Below, piece after piece: positions 57,564-64,000 of a stretch of 64,000 nt of DNA. The DNA is from Deltaproteobacteria bacterium. Its GTDB lineage: Bacteria; Desulfobacterota; Anaeroferrophillalia; Anaeroferrophillales; Tharpellaceae. A program made the position numbers and the translations under genes. The DNA lies in contig JAFGVI010000124.1 in assembly GCA_016938065.1 (NCBI GenBank), positions 2,199-66,198 of the forward strand, written 5' to 3'. The notes under the pieces are model-generated. The model had not been told where the DNA came from. It did no database searches and saw only the letters and a program-made list of their open reading frames with translations. Numbering within the stretch: position 1 is the first letter of the stretch; each line of letters opens with the position of its first letter.

Positions 57564-57752
57564 ATTAAAACCACAATTAAAAAATCTTTACCAAGAAAAT
57601 GGAATATGCTACGGGGCAGTAAAACTGAACGGCTCCGCTCTGAGCGGGCCGGTGTCGGCTTTTTCTTCTGACAAATTTACAAACTTTTCTACAAACCGAA
57701 AACAACCTGCAAGAAACAGACATATTAGCTGTTGCTTTACAAAGGAGGCCCC

Positions 57753-60700
57753 ATGGCCCGCGTTCATTTGCGCTCCCTTAGCCTGATTTTTCTGGTCGCG
57801 GTTCTCAGCCTGATTTCGGTTTCTCCGGCCCGAGCAGTGGATATAGAGGTCACCAACAACGCGGATAGCGGAGCTGGAACTCTGCGTCAGGCCATAGCTG
57901 ATGCCGGGGATAGCGATACGATCAGTTTTACCATCGCCGGCTCCGATACCATCACTATTGCATCGGAACTGCTAATTAACTCCAAATCTGTCGCCATCAA
58001 CGGTACTAATATCGCCACCGGCAACCCTATCACCGTGCAGGTCACCACTCCGGGCTCATCAGCGTTTCGCGTTTTCAACATCTCGGGGCAAGAGCCAACT
58101 GTAACCATCGCCAATATGATTATCAAGGGCGGAGATGTCAGGACTACCCCTGCCAATGGTGCCGGCATAGCTTTAAGTAACGACTGTTCTCTCAATTTGG
58201 ATACGGTCACGATTTCAGATGGTTTCGCTGACTCAGGCGGTGGAATTTTTAATAATTATGGCTATCTCTCCATGCAAAACTGTACCATAAGTGGAAACTC
58301 GGCAGCAAATTACGGCGGCGGCATCTTTAATAATTATGGCCATCTCTCCATGCAAAACTGTACCATAAGTGGAAACTCGGCAATCTCTCATGGCGGCGGC
58401 GGAATCAGTAATGATGGTACAGCTACTATCCAAAACTGTACCATATATGGAAACTCGGCAAACATTTATGGCGGCGGAATCCGTAATCATAGCACCGCTA
58501 CCGTCCAAAACTGTACCATAAGCGGAAACTCGTTAGAATATTACGGTGGCGGCGGAATCTTTAATGATGGCACCGCTACCGTCCGCAATACCATTCTGGC
58601 GGGCAATACGGCAGGTGGAAGCGACGGCGCTGATTATTACAATGATTCTGGTGGTACATTGACCGACGACGGCTACAATGTGGTTGAAAATCAGTTTGGG
58701 ATTACTTATGGCCAGGAAGAAGGATACACGTTCACCGCTGCGACAGATATTTTATACAACGAAGAGTCCTGGCAGCAAGGACCGGCAGGCCCCTTAGTAA
58801 CCGGGACTCTGGGGTTAGCTTCCATACTGGCCGACAACGGCGGCCCCACCCTGACCCTGGCCCTGGAATCGACCAGCTTCGCTGCCGCCAGTGCCACGAC
58901 CGGCATTCCTCCGGCTGACAACTGGAACAGCAGCCCTGAAATTGATGAATTATACAGCGACCAGCGCGGGGTTGCCAGAACCGCCGGGCAGAATACCAGT
59001 ATCGGAGCCTATTCTGCTAACTATAGCACCACCCCCGCATATTACTACCGCAGTCGAACTTCCGGCAACTGGTCTGAGACCTCCACCTGGCAGCAGTCTG
59101 AGAACGGTTCCGAATGGGAAGATACGGAGACCATCCCGGACACAACCAGCCTGGGTACCACCATTCAAACCGGCCACACTGTGACCGTTAACCAGGATGT
59201 GACCACGGATCAGACCACGGTAGAAAACGGTGCGACTTTGGCCGTGGCTGAAAACAAGACCCTGACCATCGCCGACGGCGACGGCAGCGATCTCACCGTG
59301 ACCGGCACTTTGACCAAGTCCGGGACCGGAACGATCACCTGCGCTTCCGGCTCTACCGTCACCTATAACGGCGGTAATCAGAATGTACCGGCGTTGGCCT
59401 ACAGCGAACTCTCTTTTGCAGATAGCACTTCCGGTGCCACCAAAACCTTTGCCAACGGTACTACCTCAGTGGGCAGCGAAATATCGCTGCCCGACAGCCT
59501 CACCCTTACCGGCAGCTCGGCGGAAGCGGTGACCGTGCAGGTGACCACGCCCGGCGAAGACGGCACGCCGTCGCGAACGTTCCATGTTAATGCTCCCGGC
59601 AATGTTGTCACGATCAGCGATCTCTCCATTAAGGGTGGGGATATTCATGAAACAGGGGACGGCGGCGCTGTTTACCTCGAAGACGGCTCCCTTAATTTAG
59701 AAAGGGTTAGCCTTTCGGATGGCAAAGGATTTCTAGGTGGAGGCATTTTGACCGAATCTGGAACCACTCTGACCATGACGGATTCAATCGGCAAAGACAA
59801 CATTGCAACCTCCAGCGGCGGCTTTCTTCATAATTGGGGGACAGCAACTATCAACCGCTGCAGCTTTTTTAACAACACCGCTATTACGGGCGGTTTTGTG
59901 CATAATAATTATGGAGATCTAACTGTTTTCGCTTCCACCATCAGCGCCAATACGGCAACTGGTAACATCGATGGGAGTGGAGGGGGAGGTGCCGTATTGA
60001 ACACCTTAGCGACAGTGCGGTTCATTAATTCGACGGTTACGGGTAACAGTGCCGGCAGGTTCGGCGCCATTGTCAGTTTCGGCGGCAATTTGATTCTAGT
60101 GGGATCCACTATTTCCGGAAACATGGGATCCACCATCGACAACGAGCCATTGGATGGCGGCTATGGCCTTATGCTCATAAACAACAATACAATCATCACT
60201 GATTGTATTGTTGCTTATAATCATGAGAATGATAACAGCGGCTACAAGGATATTTCAAAAACAAACGGCACGATTTACGGCAATTACAACATTGCCGGCG
60301 ACTGGAACACTGAATGGGGCGGCTCTGGTAACATAGCCTATACTTATACGGCGGGCAAAGGAGCTCCACTCTTTGCCGCGTACGATACGATTGTCGCCGA
60401 TACCATTTATGCACCGGTGATGGCCGACAACGGCGGACCGACTGAAACTGTGGCTCTTTCCGGAGATGCCATCGCGTCTGAAACAGGTGTGAAAGTCGGA
60501 TTTTACGACGATGAGGGTGTGACCAGATATGCCTTTTATAACGGTTCTGAATGGGTCAAAGTGGAGGATGGGAGCACGCCTGTGTCGTCAGAAAACATGA
60601 CGGAAATCACCACCGACCAGAGAGGTGCCAACCGTCATGCGACACCAAGCGTCGGCGCCTACGAAATCTACAGAGGCTACATTACCAACGGTATCGGCAG

Positions 60701-62372
60701 CGACTGGAGTACCGCCGGCAACTGGAACATTGTTAACGGTATCGGTGAAGAGCTTGCTACCGTAGCCCCGACCGCAGCCAATTCTACCTCCATCACCGTA
60801 AACCACGACATGACCGTTAATGCTGATTTAAGCATAGACCAGACAAGTGTGGCAAGCGCTAAAACCCTGACAGTGGCCGGCGCTAAAACCCTGACCATCG
60901 CCGACGGCGACGGCACCGATCTGACTGTCAATGGAACCCTGGCCGGTGCCGGCAATCTCACGGTGCCCGGACAGCTTCTGGTAAACGGAACCTCAAGCGT
61001 TAATATTGACGGGACTTTTAACGCTACCGGCGGCGCGGTGACTTTTACCGGCGCCGGCAGTCTCAATCTCGGCGGCAGCGTGACCAGTCTGGGAGCATTT
61101 ACGGCGGGCAGCAGCACGGTAACTTATGCTGGCACGAATCAGACGGTGCCGGGCAGCGTCACCTATTACAATCTGACCAAGACGGCTGCCACAGTTGGCA
61201 CCCTAACTTTTCAGGCTGAGAGCACCACCACGGTAACCGGTACACTGCGGCTGGAAGGAGCCTCAGGACAGCTTCTGTCTCTGCGAAGCAGCACCCCCGA
61301 AACCCAGTGGAATATTGATCCTCAGAGCACAAGAACAATCGCTTTTGTGGATGTTCAGGATTCTAATAATACGAACGCCCAGGTCATCTATGTTGCTGAT
61401 CAGGGCTGCGTTGATTCCGGCGATAACAGCAACTGGATTTTTGAGGGTCCGCCGCCATCCCCGCCTTCGGCTCAGGTCACGGTGGTCGGCGGCAGCGGTT
61501 CCGGCAACTACCAGATCGGAAGTTTTTTCCGGATCACCGCCGATCCGCCGCCGCCGGGAATGGTCTTTTCCCACTGGAGCGGCAGCACGGTCGGGCTTTT
61601 TTACGTCAACAAACCCTCCACCCTTTATTGGATTCGCACGCCGACGGTAAATCTCACAGCGGTTTATACTGCGGTTCCGGTTCGAAGCGTAACGATGGGT
61701 ATCTACCCGGCGGCTTTGGCGGAAGAGGAGATTGCCGATGCCTTTAGCGGAGAAATCATCTATATTGCCCCCGATGGCAACGGCAACGGAGTTGAGCCCT
61801 GTTACAGCACGCTGGCAGCGGCCCTCGCTGCCGCCAGCGCCGGGGCTGAAATCCGTCTGACCGCCGGTTATTACAGCGGCGAGATTATTTTCAACCAAGA
61901 TGTCAAAGTAAAAATTTCCGGCGGCTGGAATCAGAATTTTTCCGCCCGTGAAGGCGTAAGCCAGATCAATGGCCGCCTCCAGGTGCTCAGCGGCGAAGTG
62001 GCTCTCGAAGGGGTTACATTTGTCGGTGAGGATTATCTGACCATCAATGACCCGGCCCCGGGAATTACATATGACACTCTTTACGTTGCGCCCGACGGCA
62101 TCGGTGACGGCACTGCACCCTGTTACAGCAGTTTGTCCGCGGCCCTCGCCGCCGCCAGCGCCGGCACCGAAATCCGTCTGGCGGCCGGCTATTATATAGA
62201 CGATGTTATTTTCAACCGGGATATCGCCGTAAAAATTTCCGGAGGCTGGAATCATAATTTTTCCGCCCGCGAAAGCGCAAGCCAGGTCAACGGCCAGCTC
62301 CAAACAATCCACGGCAAAATGACTCTGGAAGGGGTTTCATTTGTCAACGAGGCGCAACTGGCCCTGCGCTGA
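57753..62372 (+). CDS. Large exported beta-helical repeat surface protein (two choice-of-anchor-Q-like modules, duplicated C-terminal domain)
   Basis: AAGGAGG RBS; signal peptide ending ARA; VTNNADSGAGTLRQAI; GGGI-x-N/TISGNSA repeats; two ADNGGPT...DQRG...GAY motifs. Confidence 0.88.
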   Translation: MARVHLRSLSLIFLVAVLSLISVSPARAVDIEVTNNADSGAGTLRQAIADAGDSDTISFTIAGSDTITIASELLINSKSVAINGTNIATGNPITVQVTTPGSSAFRVFNISGQEPTVTIANMIIKGGDVRTTPANGAGIALSNDCSLNLDTVTISDGFADSGGGIFNNYGYLSMQNCTISGNSAANYGGGIFNNYGHLSMQNCTISGNSAISHGGGGISNDGTATIQNCTIYGNSANIYGGGIRNHSTATVQNCTISGNSLEYYGGGGIFNDGTATVRNTILAGNTAGGSDGADYYNDSGGTLTDDGYNVVENQFGITYGQEEGYTFTAATDILYNEESWQQGPAGPLVTGTLGLASILADNGGPTLTLALESTSFAAASATTGIPPADNWNSSPEIDELYSDQRGVARTAGQNTSIGAYSANYSTTPAYYYRSRTSGNWSETSTWQQSENGSEWEDTETIPDTTSLGTTIQTGHTVTVNQDVTTDQTTVENGATLAVAENKTLTIADGDGSDLTVTGTLTKSGTGTITCASGSTVTYNGGNQNVPALAYSELSFADSTSGATKTFANGTTSVGSEISLPDSLTLTGSSAEAVTVQVTTPGEDGTPSRTFHVNAPGNVVTISDLSIKGGDIHETGDGGAVYLEDGSLNLERVSLSDGKGFLGGGILTESGTTLTMTDSIGKDNIATSSGGFLHNWGTATINRCSFFNNTAITGGFVHNNYGDLTVFASTISANTATGNIDGSGGGGAVLNTLATVRFINSTVTGNSAGRFGAIVSFGGNLILVGSTISGNMGSTIDNEPLDGGYGLMLINNNTIITDCIVAYNHENDNSGYKDISKTNGTIYGNYNIAGDWNTEWGGSGNIAYTYTAGKGAPLFAAYDTIVADTIYAPVMADNGGPTETVALSGDAIASETGVKVGFYDDEGVTRYAFYNGSEWVKVEDGSTPVSSENMTEITTDQRGANRHATPSVGAYEIYRGYITNGIGSDWSTAGNWNIVNGIGEELATVAPTAANSTSITVNHDMTVNADLSIDQTSVASAKTLTVAGAKTLTIADGDGTDLTVNGTLAGAGNLTVPGQLLVNGTSSVNIDGTFNATGGAVTFTGAGSLNLGGSVTSLGAFTAGSSTVTYAGTNQTVPGSVTYYNLTKTAATVGTLTFQAESTTTVTGTLRLEGASGQLLSLRSSTPETQWNIDPQSTRTIAFVDVQDSNNTNAQVIYVADQGCVDSGDNSNWIFEGPPPSPPSAQVTVVGGSGSGNYQIGSFFRITADPPPPGMVFSHWSGSTVGLFYVNKPSTLYWIRTPTVNLTAVYTAVPVRSVTMGIYPAALAEEEIADAFSGEIIYIAPDGNGNGVEPCYSTLAAALAAASAGAEIRLTAGYYSGEIIFNQDVKVKISGGWNQNFSAREGVSQINGRLQVLSGEVALEGVTFVGEDYLTINDPAPGITYDTLYVAPDGIGDGTAPCYSSLSAALAAASAGTEIRLAAGYYIDDVIFNRDIAVKISGGWNHNFSARESASQVNGQLQTIHGKMTLEGVSFVNEAQLALR
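58236..58595 (+). repeat. Intragenic tandem repeat, 75-78 bp unit, about 4.5 copies
   Basis: CAAAACTGTACCATA recurs at 58275, 58353, 58431 and 58506. Confidence 0.85.
61761..62345 (+). repeat. Intragenic duplication of an ~88-aa C-terminal domain (61761-62024 and 62082-62345)
   Basis: Both copies read Y-x-APDG-x-G...PCYS-x-L-x-AALAAASAG-x-EIRL-x-AGYY...VKISGGWN-x-NFSARE...LEGV-x-FV. Confidence 0.88.
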
Positions 62373-62380
62373 CCACATTT

Positions 62381-62439
62381 AATAAAAAAAAGGGGCAAGA
62401 CCGCTTTTATTCATAAAAGCAGCCTTGCCCCTTTTTATT
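62381..62439. terminator. Long bidirectional terminator hairpin
   Basis: AAAAAGGGGCAAG...GCTTTTAT-TC-ATAAAAGC...CTTGCCCCTTTTT between convergent genes; overlaps the end of yaiI. Confidence 0.75.
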
Positions 62440-62889
62440 GCCCTCCCGGCGCAGCCGTTGAATGATCTCGTCAAGCTGATGCAGAAAGCGGGAGCGGTCG
62501 CGCTGGAGCAGCGGAGGGGGGCCGCCGGTTATTTCGCCGGCATCGCGCAGATCGGCGAGCAGAGCCCGCGTCGCTACGGCGTCGCCGATATTGTTTTCCG
62601 TAAAGAGCTTGCCGCTTGAGCCGATGACCATGGCCCCTTTTTTGAGACAGCGATCCGCGAGCAGAATGTCGGCGGTCACGACAATATCGAAAGCCTTAAC
62701 CTGTTCGACAATCCAGTCATCGGCCGCATCCAGTCCGCCCCCGACAACCTTCAGGGTGATGCCGGGTTCCGACGGCACCCGCATCCAGGCATTAGCCACC
62801 AGAGTGACCGCCAGATTGTAGCGTTGAGCCACGCGATAGACCTCGGCTTTGACCGGACAGGCATCGGCATCGACAAAAATATGAAACAT
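62407..62889 (-). CDS. yaiI: YaiI/YqxD family protein (DUF188)
   Basis: IFVDADACPVK, DAADDWI, VVTADILLA and TGGPPP. Confidence 0.92.
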   Translation of the reverse strand: MFHIFVDADACPVKAEVYRVAQRYNLAVTLVANAWMRVPSEPGITLKVVGGGLDAADDWIVEQVKAFDIVVTADILLADRCLKKGAMVIGSSGKLFTENNIGDAVATRALLADLRDAGEITGGPPPLLQRDRSRFLHQLDEIIQRLRREGNKKGQGCFYE

Positions 62890-63021
62890 ATGGTAAAACC
62901 ATTGAAAAGATTACAGAAAATGTTCAATTTCAACGCGGGCGTTGCCCGCAAGCAAATGCTCCTATCAGAACATTCTCTTGTTTTTGTTGTTGAAAAAAAC
63001 AAGAAAACAACCTGTAAGGCA

Positions 63022-64000
63022 CTAATTATGCCTTAAGGCCTCGATGGGGTCGAGATTGGAGGCTTTGCGGGCCGGGTAGAAACCAAAGAAAATGCCGACC
63101 ACGGCCGAAAAGATGGTGGCCAGCAGGATCGAATCAAGCGAGATAATCGTCATCCAGCCGGCGAGACGAGCAATAAGCTGGGCGGAGCTGACCCCGAGAA
63201 TCGTGCCCATAATGCCGCCGGCGAGACTGATGACCATGGCCTCGACCAGAAACTGAAAAAGAACGTCGCTCTTGCGGGCGCCGACGGCCATGCGAATGCC
63301 GATCTCGCGGGTTCTCTCGGTCACGGAAACGAGCATGATATTCATAATGCCAATGCCGCCGACCAGCAGACTGATGGCCGCGACCGCCGCCAGCAGCCAG
63401 GTCATGGTGTTGGTCGTCTTACCCGCCATCGCCGCAAACTCATCAAGGGTGCGCACCGTAAAGTCATCATCAACCCCCGGCTGCAGGCGATGTCGCTGCC
63501 GGAGCAGCTCCTCGACCTCGCGCTTGGCCTCTTCCACCAGCTCCCCGGACTGAGCCGAGACCAGAATGAAATTGACCAGGCCCGGCAGGCGCTGGCCGGC
63601 GAGTTTGCGCTCCATCGTCGTATAGGGAATGAACACCGTGTCATCCTGATCCTGACCGCTGGGGGTTCGCCCCTTTGGGGAGAGAATGCCGATAATGCGG
63701 AACGGCACATTTTTAATGCGCAGCCGCTGACCGATAACCTCGGCGCCCGGTTCAAAAAGATTTTCATAAACAGCCGCGCCCAGAATCACGACGTTGGCCG
63801 CGGCCCGAACCTGCGACTCACTTAAAAATTCACCTTCCTGCAAAGGCCAGTCCCACACCACGACATAACTCTCGGTCGTGCCGTAAACCCGGGCCCCCCA
63901 GTTGCGCTTGCCGGCGACAATCTGTTCATTCTGAATGGTCGCATGGGCCACATTGAGCGCCGCCGGGCAATCCCGGGCAATGGCTGCGACATCACTGACA
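63022..64000 (-). CDS. ABC transporter permease, MacB/FtsX family (5' end outside the window)
   Basis: ISLLVGGIGIMNIMLVSVTERTREIGIRMAVGA and FGFYPARKASNLDPIEALR. Confidence 0.93.
   Translation of the reverse strand, partial: VSDVAAIARDCPAALNVAHATIQNEQIVAGKRNWGARVYGTTESYVVVWDWPLQEGEFLSESQVRAAANVVILGAAVYENLFEPGAEVIGQRLRIKNVPFRIIGILSPKGRTPSGQDQDDTVFIPYTTMERKLAGQRLPGLVNFILVSAQSGELVEEAKREVEELLRQRHRLQPGVDDDFTVRTLDEFAAMAGKTTNTMTWLLAAVAAISLLVGGIGIMNIMLVSVTERTREIGIRMAVGARKSDVLFQFLVEAMVISLAGGIMGTILGVSSAQLIARLAGWMTIISLDSILLATIFSAVVGIFFGFYPARKASNLDPIEALRHN

Noticed and set aside
58236-58595. CRISPR-like periodic repeats
   Set aside because: The units are in-frame coding repeats (75/78 bp) inside a continuous ORF, with no unique spacers and no cas genes.

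Overview
Bacterial chromosomal window of fairly high GC. The gene content (LpxH, ExbBD/TonB, PEP-CTERM protein, DUF39 homocysteine enzyme, many PAS hybrid kinases, GEMM-type riboswitch) suggests an anaerobic diderm of the deltaproteobacterial/Desulfobacterota type; this is an inference. Left end: the tail of a bat (VWA/TPR/BatD) operon and a Cys-rich PAS kinase. From 6.2 to 49 kb almost everything is on the minus strand: nadB, a ParB-like/spore-photoproduct-lyase-like pair, a complete Wsp-like chemosensory cluster with a diguanylate cyclase, mtnN, a DegT aminotransferase, phoH, ybeY, DUF39, a large TPR-ExbB-ExbD-TonB-FtsB cluster, argS, a SPOR protein, lepA-lepB-STAS-pyrR-pyrB-pyrC-carA, then carB-greA-truA and a three-gene phosphorelay. 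The single exception is lpxH, which sits antisense between carA and carB. The right end is accessory-like: a hybrid kinase, a c-di-GMP-I riboswitch with an overlapping terminator in front of a thrombospondin-C/PEP-CTERM protein that is followed by an orphan second sorting tail, a nucleoside cluster (SpmAB-like, NupC, 5'-nucleotidase) carrying two near-identical 33-bp direct-repeat elements, a 1.5-kaa repetitive surface protein, yaiI and a partial MacB-type permease. I recognised no rRNA, tRNA, CRISPR array, transposase or integrase. The best leads are the riboswitch/Wsp circuit, the 33-bp repeat pair, the ParB-radical SAM pair, and the TPR protein bearing a TonB-box-like motif. All family assignments are by eye from motifs, not from database searches.
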